Shown: positions 38,201 to 46,980 of the stretch, piece after piece
Layout: every line of letters begins with the position of its first letter
Numbering within the stretch: position 1 is the stretch's first letter
DNA from: a virus
Taxonomy: Duplodnaviria > Caudoviricetes
Length of the DNA: 64,000 nt
Direction: 5' to 3' (one strand)
IMG/VR virus record: IMGVR_UViG_3300044982_000010
Location: 145-64,144 of that record
Notes under the pieces: model-generated
Databases searched by the model: none
Seen by the model: the letters and a program-made list of their open reading frames with translations, nothing else
Told to the model about the DNA's origin: nothing
Made by a program: the position numbers and the translations under genes

Positions 38201-38821
38201 AAAGTGATGCTCCCATGAATTGGCTGCACCCTCGACCGTGTTCTCTTTTTTGAGTTCTTCGATGGCTTGAGCATATTTAGGGTTGGTGTCGATCTCGCGC
38301 TGGAGGTTACCCCAGTTCGCCTCGTAGCTGCTCGTGTCGAGATTATTGGCTTTGGCGTAATTTTCAAAGTCAGTGCGACGTGGGCTACCTTCCGTATCGG
38401 TCCATTGCGCGTAACCCAGCCCAGAGTGCGGGCCGGAATGTCCCACCTCCTGCATCACCTTGAAGTCGCCACTCTCATAACCCATAGTGCCGACCGCACC
38501 AACCGCCTGATCACGAGTCAGGTGATATTTCTGCGCCATGTCGCTGGCAAGCCGCTGCGCGGTGTCCATCCCACCACCGCCGCCTCCACCGCCACCGCCG
38601 CCCCCACCCAACGCGCCTCGGCCTTGAGCGATCTGGTTTTGAAGCTCAGCGTCTTTTTGTTGCTGCGCGGTTAACTTAGGGTGCGTAGCCGCCCAACCCC
38701 GGTCCTTATAGTACTGGGCGCGAGCTTGGTACAATTGCATCGTCATGCCAAGCCGCATCATGGCGATGAGGCTATCGGAAAAACCCTTGGCGAACGATCC
38801 GTAGTGTTTGCCCATAGGCAT
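32282..38821 (-). CDS. Giant internal virion protein (2179 aa) with phage tail lysozyme-like and CHAP-like domains
   Basis: A.G.VG.MGYESG...GLGYAQWT...RR (lysozyme-like); AWCASFV...GDV...HVGF...AGN (CHAP/TIGR02594-like); long Pro/Gly/Thr tracts. Confidence 0.75.
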   Translation of the reverse strand: MPMGKHYGSFAKGFSDSLIAMMRLGMTMQLYQARAQYYKDRGWAATHPKLTAQQQKDAELQNQIAQGRGALGGGGGGGGGGGGGMDTAQRLASDMAQKYHLTRDQAVGAVGTMGYESGDFKVMQEVGHSGPHSGLGYAQWTDTEGSPRRTDFENYAKANNLDTSSYEANWGNLQREIDTNPKYAQAIEELKKENTVEGAANSWEHHFEGMTEGGPGIPAFAQHIARAVAYDKALPQDLSQPIRTAQNQQQQQSPLNSPELADKKPEAVAAVQNALKDAKSMLGKGEVPDHQEVMDFLHNGGQDLDPHKSAWCASFVSAALHKNGLPIPTTVRPGTETGPGAVAGDYRTWGSAVESKGIQAGDVIVANDGSHVGFAEGPIRQGRNGPEVKIIAGNETDTRGTPGSYTMQSGRVIPRAQVGKVGERWVPLSNYSARRAVPGDTQADGSSASKPVTTARADGSYQVAGDTDIALTPEQAEKARRDLEAHRAQPQFDVPPGLREADEPPPPGPHEAPEPDTTIRRPSELPPPPTTQEGPESPYAPPDQNVYNTRPLSPSDQPSSGVATSVHQRPGPAIPPHAIATTNLDPRTTPYGPGPQQGPPQRTGAPPNVGITPSAIPNRPVMGPPQRTGAPPNVGITPSSVPVPPSQMGPEGPGRTTLPLTYSHMPPQQNVRGQTAVGAPTDADKPSPAAQPVSSPAGPAVIQPSNQPGGGMFTTVARPNADPTNVRGGALLTTALDLSHLWGPNPPLAQRAPQPVQPSAPSSPAQGEILSPPGGGPTPYPGPTMNPSGNIVLTQGQGARGGQSVPAPMPPIRPDDLGDIATASRKGGPIQKFAKGGIPSRPTIKLQGGGTAPVSSQYPSYTPAAPATPTSGLSGNTLAADQYMTGLPGMTPVDLTGQSAPYYTSYGPGQGGPGGQTLTTDWSKMTPDQLSQYNAMLAGTWQPLAPAPAAPTPAPAPAPAPVINPPSVQNITNMPAATTIVDPTTTTTTGTPGVPNAVQAKSYDPNVDAQTGAGFANTSNAGGTNYSVGSNDLLQQTSPGQISGAGGTILSRKGGPIPRQKLAKGGIPARPTLKFADAGTVPYTPVGYQGSRTPAEQYYFSPQYVGPDIGGGWSGTPESQLAPNQQAWADQQQQAVTLEGQQGQQASAYYAAGGSGDPFGAGAFSQFSIMPNAVWPTAPTAPTPLSEPAPAPQSIVNQGQPIVDVATIDPTATTTTGAPGLPNAIQAKSYDPNVDAQTGAGFANTSSTGGTNYSVGSNDLLNQTSPGQISGTQNSNSTILSAKGGPLLKRVTKRFDMGGGVDQSGDVSPSALGMPPGLSGGGQQQIPPYYYNPATYAGAGAPVGKGVTQTSAPVYTAGAIPSLPMARGGVVAFDDGGGVDPGAGDMGTLQSMAFMDAQDEREDAGSAQSASPPTPTSDKDPGWYINPQDISAQSAQPAQPAQGAGQLHDNNPPPDQTMPQGKDDAGNPSRGLIGAITSGLHWLGEHLGLVSGAQAHPAIATNPDTQTNRQQFATNSPDGATYFTHQNAEELNDINDPNHELQTSYRNILGLEQGWKWAMARGDDATAGRLAASILHYSVFASQNLSDQASKALYNGDIHKAIDYANQASDAVPDGRLVHMTLNPDGKTVTVQGKNLNGQVLWQQQGAAVQILERATSLGRLGKLQWNALESQAAKYDHTFAEAQTNRRANAIAQGKEDADKAAQAQANEQITAMGPTYDDQTAPPTAPANAPPVLTPVSKPALPGPGAAPASPETAATAPAPSPGRSPDTTTAQTAAPPPTSDSSIAAAAPVPGAGRHGIPAAPTTPSTADIPAAGSQDVDFEHSVAYQQVPIQANMNPDGSAKYFTADMRPIVGGRVLRSPPPIDQVTFKSYAPQVQAAYREREQQYQAAVQQNQKLMQDDIDARRRDIASDITSRRDLTKQTRADAAADKRTQDQIAAAAKIEENKRTDVGTTRTYEEQAPLTPTQRGETYKDTTPMAVTASLPRYAVYKSDGSLDEHASAQALGKAYDLPPTPGAAATGGLQRATTVVNIASDAVTWNTHMALGDVHDLVDGLARGVYTIDGRPTPVTRHGQELDQFVVHQQQGDPGVRLFLPRQDGYKIASIKQEFANAQPKPTPNAPAAPAAAPPRALPGPTGPDFWSGGRPAAGPGPSLKLPERVPVEQMPPEQRQLYPELNQ

Positions 38822-38839
38822 CGAAGTTACTCGCGTGAG

Positions 38840-40144
38840 TTAAGCGGGCATGCTGGGGATCGCGCCCCGCGTCGTACCCATGTGCGGCGGACGGGAGACG
38901 AACGCGGGCTGCTGGGGTATCGCCTGTGTCGGCTCGCCGCCGATGTCGTCGCGCTGAGTAAACTGTTGCTGACTCCTGCGCGCCATATCGATCTGCTTGG
39001 CAAAGTATTCATGACCCTTCCACGTCGCCACGTCCTTGGGAATGACGAACTCGTTGGCGGTGAGCAACGCAGGCACGTCGTCGGTCACCTGTCCGTTAGA
39101 TGGGCTGGCATGGGCTGGCACCCCACCGCCCGGCGTAGCATCGCTGGGAAGCGCACCGGGCGGGTATTGCGCAGGCGGCATAGGTGAGGGTGGTATGCCG
39201 GTCGCACCCCCTCCTTGCGTGGGCGTGAGTTGCGGATCGGTCGGCCCGCCATCGTCAAATTTATAAATCGACCCACCCTTAGCGGCCCGTAAAAATCCTC
39301 CGGGCATCGCCCCTAACCCAACCAAGCTTCCTAGCGCACTGCCAAACCCAGCCATCTCGGTCGCGCCCGCTTGCGCGAACTCGGCTTGAGATTGATTGTA
39401 GCCGTTGACTGCACCGACGTAGGAGTTCATCGCCCCGGTGCCAGCGTTGAACCACGCTGTCGGGTTGGTCATCGCAGTCGAACCGGTGGACAGATTGCTC
39501 TGCGATGTGCCTGCCGCCCCGGACGCCAATCCTCCTGCCGTGCCTGCCGCCCCCGTGCCTGCTTGAGTCAATCCTTCAGTGGCGTTGACCAGCCCGCGCC
39601 CAGTGTTGATCGCCTGTCCTTCCAACCCCATCTGCTGCATGCGCAAGGTCTGCGCCGCCGTGGTGCCAGCGGCGGCTTCCGCCGCGCCCAGCATCGGTTG
39701 AGTGGAAGCAAACAAGCTCGCGTATTTTGGCGACCCTACGTTGACACCATAGCCCCTAAGCGTCTCGGCGGCGGTGTTGACCCCCGCCATGCCCTGCTCA
39801 GCCACGTCGCCCATCGCCTGCCCACGCGCCTCGGCAATGGCGCTGGGCGAGGCCCAAGTCTCGGCTTGGCCCGCGAACTGCTGCTCAAGCGGCGCATAAG
39901 TCTGCTGGTACTCCTGCCACTGCGCCGCGCTCTCAGCCTGTGATTGCGCGAGCGACTGCGCTTCCTGATTGGAAAGGTCGATCTGCGCCTGCTCAGACTG
40001 ATCGACCAGCGGCTGTTCTTGGTTCCAGACGCTCTGCGTCCATTGCAACTGCTGCTCACCAAGCGCGTAAGCTTGCTGCGCAGCTTGAGCAGACGCCATC
40101 GCTTCCATCATGCCGGATTGATCTGCGCTGCCCTTATCACCCAT
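38840..40144 (-). CDS. Internal virion/pilot-like protein
   Basis: Ala/Gln/Gly-rich; C-terminal DDVPALLTANEFVIP.D. Confidence 0.65.
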   Translation of the reverse strand: MGDKGSADQSGMMEAMASAQAAQQAYALGEQQLQWTQSVWNQEQPLVDQSEQAQIDLSNQEAQSLAQSQAESAAQWQEYQQTYAPLEQQFAGQAETWASPSAIAEARGQAMGDVAEQGMAGVNTAAETLRGYGVNVGSPKYASLFASTQPMLGAAEAAAGTTAAQTLRMQQMGLEGQAINTGRGLVNATEGLTQAGTGAAGTAGGLASGAAGTSQSNLSTGSTAMTNPTAWFNAGTGAMNSYVGAVNGYNQSQAEFAQAGATEMAGFGSALGSLVGLGAMPGGFLRAAKGGSIYKFDDGGPTDPQLTPTQGGGATGIPPSPMPPAQYPPGALPSDATPGGGVPAHASPSNGQVTDDVPALLTANEFVIPKDVATWKGHEYFAKQIDMARRSQQQFTQRDDIGGEPTQAIPQQPAFVSRPPHMGTTRGAIPSMPA

Positions 40145-40169
40145 TTGTGTTACTCACTTGAGTAAGGCT

Positions 40170-40673
40170 CTACTGCATCATGCCGACTGTAGACATGCCC
40201 GCCAACGGCAGGTTAATATCGTTGGTTCGTTCCGGTGGCGCGTACTCGATATAGGGCATCTGCATGTCGAGCCATTTGCACTCTTCCCGGCGCATGCTCA
40301 TGATGTACATGCCGTTCATGGGGCCATTGTACACGTCTTCCAGCAAATATTCATCCTTGAAACCCAGCTTGAGGTTGGCGTTGCGCGCTCGCACGTTGCT
40401 CTCTGGCACCAACCCTATGAGTTTTTTCACCTTGAGTTGGTTAAACGGATAGTCGAACGCCAGATAGATCATCTCCCGGTTCACCCAGTGCGGGTCGAAC
40501 CCAGCCATGTGGATCGCCACCGAGCCGCCCCGATACTCGGTGAACAGCACACCCCCCAGCAAGCGATCCGTCTCGTTGTAGCGCGCGATGCAATGGTGCA
40601 GCGTCGGCACGAACTGAATGTGCGCGGCGCGGGCAATCGCCTTGATCGCGTGAACGTCATCGATCCGCATCAT
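40170..40673 (-). CDS. GNAT-fold acetyltransferase-like virion assembly protein
   Basis: F.YPF.QL.V..LIGLV..SN..A......LGF..E..L. Confidence 0.75.
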   Translation of the reverse strand: MMRIDDVHAIKAIARAAHIQFVPTLHHCIARYNETDRLLGGVLFTEYRGGSVAIHMAGFDPHWVNREMIYLAFDYPFNQLKVKKLIGLVPESNVRARNANLKLGFKDEYLLEDVYNGPMNGMYIMSMRREECKWLDMQMPYIEYAPPERTNDINLPLAGMSTVGMMQ

Positions 40674-41002
40674 GGGAGCCTCACCGACCTGACGATGGGC
40701 GGCAGGGGAAAGGTTCGCCTCACGCGAGGAGCCTTCCCCAGCGCGGCGCTGGCGGCGGCGGGCGTAGCCGCCGCACCCACTGCGCTCTTGCTGGCGGCGA
40801 TCTGATTGGCGACGAACGAAGTCAGCCCCGCGTTAGTGACGAAGATTTGCGCCGCCGACGAAGGTGTGTAGTTCGTGTTCGGCTCCTGCGCGTTCATGAT
40901 GATCATGGTCATCGACTGACGCACGGCGTCGAGAGTCGCCCGGATCGAGTCCATATCATTACCGGGCGACGGAATGCTTGGATAGATGCTCTTGCCTGCC
41001 AT
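40670..41002 (-). CDS. Small tail-associated protein
   Basis: PSIP.P start; coupled to the tail gene. Confidence 0.55.
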   Translation of the reverse strand: MAGKSIYPSIPSPGNDMDSIRATLDAVRQSMTMIIMNAQEPNTNYTPSSAAQIFVTNAGLTSFVANQIAASKSAVGAAATPAAASAALGKAPRVRRTFPLPPIVRSVRLP

Positions 41003-43314
41003 TACGCCGCCTTAAGCTCTTTAACTGAAGAAGCAACTTTGAAGAACCGCATCGCAATCTGACCCTCGAATTGAAACTCCCATAGCTCGGCTTTGAGGCC
41101 ATTGGTGATCAACAGCACCTCACCCGACTTCTGGATTTCCCGGACCACAATCTCATTGCCGTCCGCGTACACCCGGCAGATCAGATACTGAGTCGTCGGG
41201 TCGAAAACTTGCGCCTGATCGGTATTCCGCGCGCCCAACGTAATCTGCACCTCGGGCGGCACGTCGAACAAGGTCATGAACGCCTTAAACTGCTGCGGCG
41301 CGGTGAAGCGGAACTTCTTGGTCTTCCACTGCCAGCTTCTCAGCGTCGTCGCGCCGGGGTTGCCTTGCGGCGGGTTCCACTGCATCACCGCCCCACCCCC
41401 CTCCAAGACAAAAAGCTGCCCAGATAACTCATCTGAGTAACAATTGACGACCTCAGTGCTAGAAGGGGTCGGGCGCAAATAGGTAAACGGCACGTTCGGC
41501 ACCGAGCTATCGATGACAAAACCCAGATACCCCAACCCGTCGTCGCTGGGAATGGGCGCACTCTTGATGAACCCGGCGTAGCTCGATCCATACTTGCCCG
41601 CCGCCCACTGGGGAGGGAGAAGCGAATAATGGAACTCTTTCTCGTAAATCTGAAGGGTGATGTTCTGAGTGCCGCCCGTGTTCAAAAGCTGGATGCCGTT
41701 GGGCGAAGCATAATACGCGCCCTCGCCCGCCGCCACGATGGACCCACGCGAGATGCATGGTTCGTTGGCGGTGATCTTACCGATGGTCATGGTGTCAGGA
41801 GTGACGCCGGTCGCAATAAACGGCGAACCCTCGGTCATCACGTTGAGCGAGGTGCCGTTGGCGGTCAGCCCGACGATGGGATAGTCCACCGTCAGCGCGT
41901 ACTGAGGTGGCCATGCGTGAGGGAGGTAAGCTGCTGAAAACCACACCTCGCGCTTATCAGTGCCGGTAAACCCGGCTGCGATGCCGTTGGCCATCATCAC
42001 CACGCCCTGCAAACCCGCTGGGGGAGGGGCATAGCCAATTGTATCGAGGACGAGATTGGCGGTGATACTGGCGTCCGACGCGCTATCGGTGATCGTCACC
42101 GTGCCAGCCGGATTGATCGGCACCTCGGTGACTTGGTAATAAGTGGCGTTACCCGAAGAGTCGGTGACGGTCCTATATAACCTATAGTGACCGGGGTTCA
42201 TCGCCCGTCCGGTATTGTAGCCCGGTGGAGGGGCCGGAATAACGATGACCCACGTCCCGTTGCCGTCACCCGACGCCACGGTCGCCGGGGAGGGTTGCCC
42301 TTCCTCGGAAAAGTCGTTGACGTAAGTGTAGACGTAAGCGCGCGTCTCTGGCAACGAAGTGAGAAACTGGATGGTGTCGCCAGCCTGCACGCCAGCGCCA
42401 ACCACGGCGTTGCTGATCGTCACCTGCCCGGCAGGGTTGTTGATCGTCTCGACCGTGCAGCCGGATACAAGCTGGTTGCTGTTGTCGAACTGGAAAGTGT
42501 CGCCAGCATTCACCGGGTCAAGCAGATTGACGCTGATCACCACTTGGGTGGCGTTGACGGCGGAAACCACCGTACCGGGAAAGACCGCTGCCGGGTTGGA
42601 CGTGCATATGCAGGTCATGCCGGGGGCGATATTGTTCGGCGCAGTGCCGGTGCTGGAGAAGTTCAGCGTCGTCGTGCCAACGGCGCTTGGCAAGGTCGTC
42701 GCAGCGGTCAGCCGGTGGTCCGTTAGATCAACGACGTTCATGCCAACAGTGACGGAGCCAAGCGTGTTAGCGGTGAACTGCAACACTTCGCTACCCACGG
42801 CGGAAGCGCCAGTGGTCGTCATGACAATCGAAGATGACGGCGGGGTGACGGTGGGCGGCGTGCCGGGCGCGGGAATGCCCAAGATGTAGCCCGGCAGGGG
42901 AGGATCGGCCTGCATGTTCGCCAGCGTGTTGTACATTGGTGGCGGCACGGCGGCAGGCCACGCCGGGTTATCGCCTGTGCTAGTGTATTGGTCGCTGGGG
43001 AAGAAGTAATATCGGTTGTAGGTATCGCCCACCGTAGGGTTGCGGATGGTGGTCATGTAGGGGTCGGGGAACTCCAGCCACAGTGACCCAGCGCTGGAGA
43101 AGTCGGGCGGGTTGGCGGTGTTGGTGGGTATCCGGTAGACTTGCTCGGTGTCGGTATACTGAGCATTGAACACCGGCTGGGCGGCGCGGAAGCCGCGCAC
43201 CTGTCCACGATACAGCCAACAGTTATTCGCCAACTGCCCGTTGTTGTCGGGCAGAAGGACCGGATCGCGCAGCGGCAGCATGCCGCTGAAATCTGCCACC
43301 ATCACCGTGGGCAA
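41002..43314 (-). CDS. Tail nozzle / packaged-DNA stabilisation protein
   Basis: 770 aa beta-rich; RAYVYTYV...EEG.PS, WFS...PHAWP..Y, WKTK.F. Confidence 0.7.
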   Translation of the reverse strand: MPTVMVADFSGMLPLRDPVLLPDNNGQLANNCWLYRGQVRGFRAAQPVFNAQYTDTEQVYRIPTNTANPPDFSSAGSLWLEFPDPYMTTIRNPTVGDTYNRYYFFPSDQYTSTGDNPAWPAAVPPPMYNTLANMQADPPLPGYILGIPAPGTPPTVTPPSSSIVMTTTGASAVGSEVLQFTANTLGSVTVGMNVVDLTDHRLTAATTLPSAVGTTTLNFSSTGTAPNNIAPGMTCICTSNPAAVFPGTVVSAVNATQVVISVNLLDPVNAGDTFQFDNSNQLVSGCTVETINNPAGQVTISNAVVGAGVQAGDTIQFLTSLPETRAYVYTYVNDFSEEGQPSPATVASGDGNGTWVIVIPAPPPGYNTGRAMNPGHYRLYRTVTDSSGNATYYQVTEVPINPAGTVTITDSASDASITANLVLDTIGYAPPPAGLQGVVMMANGIAAGFTGTDKREVWFSAAYLPHAWPPQYALTVDYPIVGLTANGTSLNVMTEGSPFIATGVTPDTMTIGKITANEPCISRGSIVAAGEGAYYASPNGIQLLNTGGTQNITLQIYEKEFHYSLLPPQWAAGKYGSSYAGFIKSAPIPSDDGLGYLGFVIDSSVPNVPFTYLRPTPSSTEVVNCYSDELSGQLFVLEGGGAVMQWNPPQGNPGATTLRSWQWKTKKFRFTAPQQFKAFMTLFDVPPEVQITLGARNTDQAQVFDPTTQYLICRVYADGNEIVVREIQKSGEVLLITNGLKAELWEFQFEGQIAMRFFKVASSVKELKAA

Positions 43315-43319
43315 AGCGC

Positions 43320-43685
43320 TTACTCTTCTTTACTCTCTTGAGTAACTCTCGGGCGATTAAGCTTGTCAATCAGCTTCTTCCCATAGTCATGCTCGGCTTG
43401 GGTGCGCTTGGCGTACACCGCCAGCGCCTCCTTGCCCGCCTGCATCTCGGCTTCAGTCGCCTCGTTCACCCTCTCTTCGTCAACGTTGGGAGGCGGGGCC
43501 ATATTGGGCGCGGGCGGGATGCCGTGGATGTTCATCCGCATCAAAGGCGGCTGCTCAGGCGGCACGGTCGCCGCCGCGACATGCGCGCCAGTCAGGGGAG
43601 CGCTGGGCGGCGCGACGGGCTTTGGAGGAGACGGTGCAACGTGGGTTGCGCCATGCAGCGGGTTGGGCCTCGGAGGTTGCGCCAT
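43320..43685 (-). CDS. Pro-rich hypothetical protein
   Basis: ORF in the structural operon; ends VTQESKEE at a palindrome. Confidence 0.6.
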   Translation of the reverse strand: MAQPPRPNPLHGATHVAPSPPKPVAPPSAPLTGAHVAAATVPPEQPPLMRMNIHGIPPAPNMAPPPNVDEERVNEATEAEMQAGKEALAVYAKRTQAEHDYGKKLIDKLNRPRVTQESKEE

Positions 43686-43686
43686 G

Positions 43687-45024
43687 TTATCGTCCTTTGG
43701 TTACCGTAATGGAGGTCGGAGAAGAGTTCTCTATCGCTTCAAGCCTCGCGTCGAGGTCTTTGACCGCGTTAACCAGCGTCGCAATCAGCGGCATGAGTTC
43801 GATAGCAAGCGTGTTCTCGTCGTGATCCCGCACGGCGTGCGGCAGTGCCTCTTGCATTTCCTGCGCGACGAAGCCCAATTCCTCGCGATCCGGCACGGAC
43901 CATGTCACGTCGGCGGGCGGATCGTCATGGATGGTGCGATGGTAGCGCCGGGGCCGCATCAGCCTGACTTGCTCGATCCCATCTGGGGCGTCCGTGATGT
44001 CCCGCTTGAGATCAACGTCTGAGCCTTGGCCCAGCACGCCAGAAATTGAGAGGTTGCCAGCAGGATCGCAGACCATAACTGCGCGGCTGTTGCTGTCGTA
44101 CCAAAGTCGCGTCCCACTCGCCTTGTCGAAAATATACCGCCAGCTTGTACCTGTCCGAATATCGGCGCTCTCGCCGAACCCCCAAGAGCCAGTGTCAGAA
44201 TAGACGTTACAAGTACCATACATTGCGATATTTGAGCCGTTGTTTGGGATATTTATAACCGTGCCAACACTAAGGGTTGAAGCGACTGCCACAGTACCGG
44301 CATTAAGGTCTATCTCATTAGCCGGACCCATCGTAATGTTCGCGCTACTATACACATCAACGAGAGTGGTTTGCCCAGTCGCAACATTGAAATACAACAC
44401 CAAACGATTGGTGCTGCCATCAGTCATAAATATAACTGGATTAACGCCTCCTGCCGGGCCGGGAGGAATGACGATCTGCCCACCCGGCACCCCCAAAGAC
44501 CCACCAATATTTGCATTGCCAGTAATCCCCAAGGCACCAGCATTAAGATTGCCAGAAAAAATTCCGCTCGGCCCACTAAGGTTGCCACTTAATGCGCCAC
44601 CCGCAAGCGGCAAATAGGTCGCTACTGCTGAGTCCACGTATTGCTTCGGCGCGGCTCCCAAAGCTGACACCGGATTGGCGTTCAGGATCAGCGCGCCGGT
44701 CATCGTTCCGCCTGACACTGGCACGTATGTGCCAGTGACATCGGCCATCGTCGCCACTTGCGACCATTGGTTGGCGGTGAAAGGACCGGGCGAGATCACG
44801 GCGATGGCGCGCTGAATGCGCCCACCTTGAATGACGTGATCGCCAATCGCATAAGACGTAGCATTGGAGAAAAATCTCACACCGATCAAATCTTGCGCTG
44901 TGTTTGCCGCGTTAACCACGCCAAGTTGCGCGTCGGCAAAGTTGGCGTAAAGCTCACCCGGCTGACGCCCAGTAGGACGACTACCAGCGGTGCTGGAGCG
45001 GAGGGATTGAACGCGTCCGGTCAT
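43687..45024 (-). CDS. Tail fibre/spike with C-terminal intramolecular chaperone (peptidase S74-like)
   Basis: GGTMTGAL...A.K.YVD fibre repeats; SD..LK..I...GFVAQE...L..AVK.L..RL. Confidence 0.85.
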   Translation of the reverse strand: MTGRVQSLRSSTAGSRPTGRQPGELYANFADAQLGVVNAANTAQDLIGVRFFSNATSYAIGDHVIQGGRIQRAIAVISPGPFTANQWSQVATMADVTGTYVPVSGGTMTGALILNANPVSALGAAPKQYVDSAVATYLPLAGGALSGNLSGPSGIFSGNLNAGALGITGNANIGGSLGVPGGQIVIPPGPAGGVNPVIFMTDGSTNRLVLYFNVATGQTTLVDVYSSANITMGPANEIDLNAGTVAVASTLSVGTVINIPNNGSNIAMYGTCNVYSDTGSWGFGESADIRTGTSWRYIFDKASGTRLWYDSNSRAVMVCDPAGNLSISGVLGQGSDVDLKRDITDAPDGIEQVRLMRPRRYHRTIHDDPPADVTWSVPDREELGFVAQEMQEALPHAVRDHDENTLAIELMPLIATLVNAVKDLDARLEAIENSSPTSITVTKGR

Positions 45025-45039
45025 GGCTATATAGCCCTT

Positions 45040-46977
45040 TCAAAACGTACCACAATCAATATTGAGCGTGGTTAGACTGTTATCGACATATTGCTTCGGC
45101 GCGGCGTCGAGCGGGTTGACCGGGTTACCCACGAGAGTTAAAATCCCGGTCATGGTGCCACCCGCTATCGCCAGTCTTGTCGTATCGGTTGGGTGAACGT
45201 GGTCGCCGCGCGTAAACGCAGGCGCGGACCCGGACGACCCTACGCCATTCATCGCAGGCACAGCATTCGACGCCACTGGCACGTTGGCGACCAACGCATA
45301 AGGCGCAAGCGCGTTAGCGACTTGCGCCGCCGTCTGGTAGCCCGCTGGATTGGTCGCCGCGTAGCGCGAGGTATCGACCGGATGCACGTGATCGGCTCGC
45401 GCCCATGTCGTCGCTACACCAATCGCGTTCACCCCGTCCATCAACGGAAACGTCGTCGCGCCAAGCGGCACCTGCGTGATCAGCGCGTAAGGCGCAAGCA
45501 GGGCGCTGGTCGCTGCATCCCAATCGGTGATATCGCTAGTGTCAATGTTTGCCCACGTGGCGTCGATACGCACATAGGCCGTGCCATCCTGCGGCGCTTC
45601 GGGAAGCCCCGCGCCGCTGGCAGTCGCCACCCACGCGCCATTCTGCCGTGCATAGGCCACGCCATCGAGCGGCGCTTCAGTTGGCGGCGCGGGTATCCAC
45701 CCCAACGTGCTTGAAGTATTCAAGGCAGCAAGAATTTGCCCCGGCTGACCGCCATTGATTTGCAATGATGCCGGGCCGTTAGGGATAATCAAGCCGGGGG
45801 CGCTGATCGCGCCGGTAAACGTACCGCCACGCAAGGGCATGAACGCCGACAGCGCCGTCGCTACGTTAGCGGCGCTCTGATAATTGTTCGGGTTGCTCGC
45901 CGGATAAGCCGCTGTCCAACCTGCGTTCAACCGCCCATACAGCGTGCCATCGAAGGGCGCGTCGTACTCAATGCCGGAATAAGGCGTCGGGAGCCAAGCG
46001 TTGTTATTGCGACTATAAAAATTACCATCGGCTGGCGCGTCAGCCTGAATAGGCGTCACCAGCCAATTGCTATTACTCCGTGAGTAAAGCAGCCCAGTAC
46101 TAGGCGCGTCAGGCATGATCGGCGGAAGCAGGGACCACCCGCCACCGCTACGCGCATAAAGATTGCTATTGACCGGCGCATCGACTTGGATCGCGTCCGC
46201 TTGCCACGTGCCGTTGTAGCGTCCAAACCGGATGCCGCCACCCGGCGCTTCCGTGACATACTGGGGAAGTTGAAGCCACGCATTGTTGCGGCGCGTGTAC
46301 ATCGTGCCGTCAGCAGGCGCATCAGACTGAATAGGGTCTGGCACCCAATTGCCGTTATAACGACTGAAAATAATATTGCTGCTCGGCGCGTCAGTCACTA
46401 GATCAGTTGACGCCAACGTCTCCCAGAACAGGTTCACGCCATCCGTCGCCCACTCATACAATATCTGGGTATTCGAGTTGTACCACTGATCCATCACATT
46501 GGGATTGGCGGGCGGCGCGCTGCCCCAGAAATAGCGCACGGCGCTATTCACATAACCCTGCGACCCCAACGGCAGTTGCGTGTACAGCCACGGCACTGGA
46601 TTGATTTGCGCGCAGTCACAGTCGCCAGCCGAGGGAATGTTGATCACCAGCACGTCGGCGCGCGGGCCGCTCTCAGTGCTGGCGTTGACCGAAATCTGAT
46701 ATTGCTGCCCCTCGATCCCACCACTGAGCAAGAACGTCAAGACATTCCCCGCCGCGTTAAGCTGCGGGTAAGCCACCACCAGTTGCGGATTGCTGGCTAC
46801 GTCAACGCTGAAAGTGTAACTCTCAAGCGTGACAGTCGGCTCAAGCTGACTGTAGTCCAGCACCACCAGCGTCTGATCGCTTAGCTGCTTGATGTACGGG
46901 CCAAACGCCTGCGTGTCGTCAGCGTAAAAGTAAACGCTATCGGTATTGATGACGCCAGATGGCAGAGCAAAGCCCAT
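45040..46977 (-). CDS. Fibre protein with tandem (D/E)APxDG..Y.R...W repeats
   Basis: About nine such repeats, plus ARADHVHP and A.K.YVD motifs. Confidence 0.8.
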   Translation of the reverse strand: MGFALPSGVINTDSVYFYADDTQAFGPYIKQLSDQTLVVLDYSQLEPTVTLESYTFSVDVASNPQLVVAYPQLNAAGNVLTFLLSGGIEGQQYQISVNASTESGPRADVLVINIPSAGDCDCAQINPVPWLYTQLPLGSQGYVNSAVRYFWGSAPPANPNVMDQWYNSNTQILYEWATDGVNLFWETLASTDLVTDAPSSNIIFSRYNGNWVPDPIQSDAPADGTMYTRRNNAWLQLPQYVTEAPGGGIRFGRYNGTWQADAIQVDAPVNSNLYARSGGGWSLLPPIMPDAPSTGLLYSRSNSNWLVTPIQADAPADGNFYSRNNNAWLPTPYSGIEYDAPFDGTLYGRLNAGWTAAYPASNPNNYQSAANVATALSAFMPLRGGTFTGAISAPGLIIPNGPASLQINGGQPGQILAALNTSSTLGWIPAPPTEAPLDGVAYARQNGAWVATASGAGLPEAPQDGTAYVRIDATWANIDTSDITDWDAATSALLAPYALITQVPLGATTFPLMDGVNAIGVATTWARADHVHPVDTSRYAATNPAGYQTAAQVANALAPYALVANVPVASNAVPAMNGVGSSGSAPAFTRGDHVHPTDTTRLAIAGGTMTGILTLVGNPVNPLDAAPKQYVDNSLTTLNIDCGTF

Positions 46978-46980
46978 GAC

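Noticed and set aside
45040-46977. Fibre repeats as a diversity-generating retroelement target
   Set aside because: No reverse transcriptase and no adenine-specific TR/VR pair was seen; these are ordinary fibre repeats.
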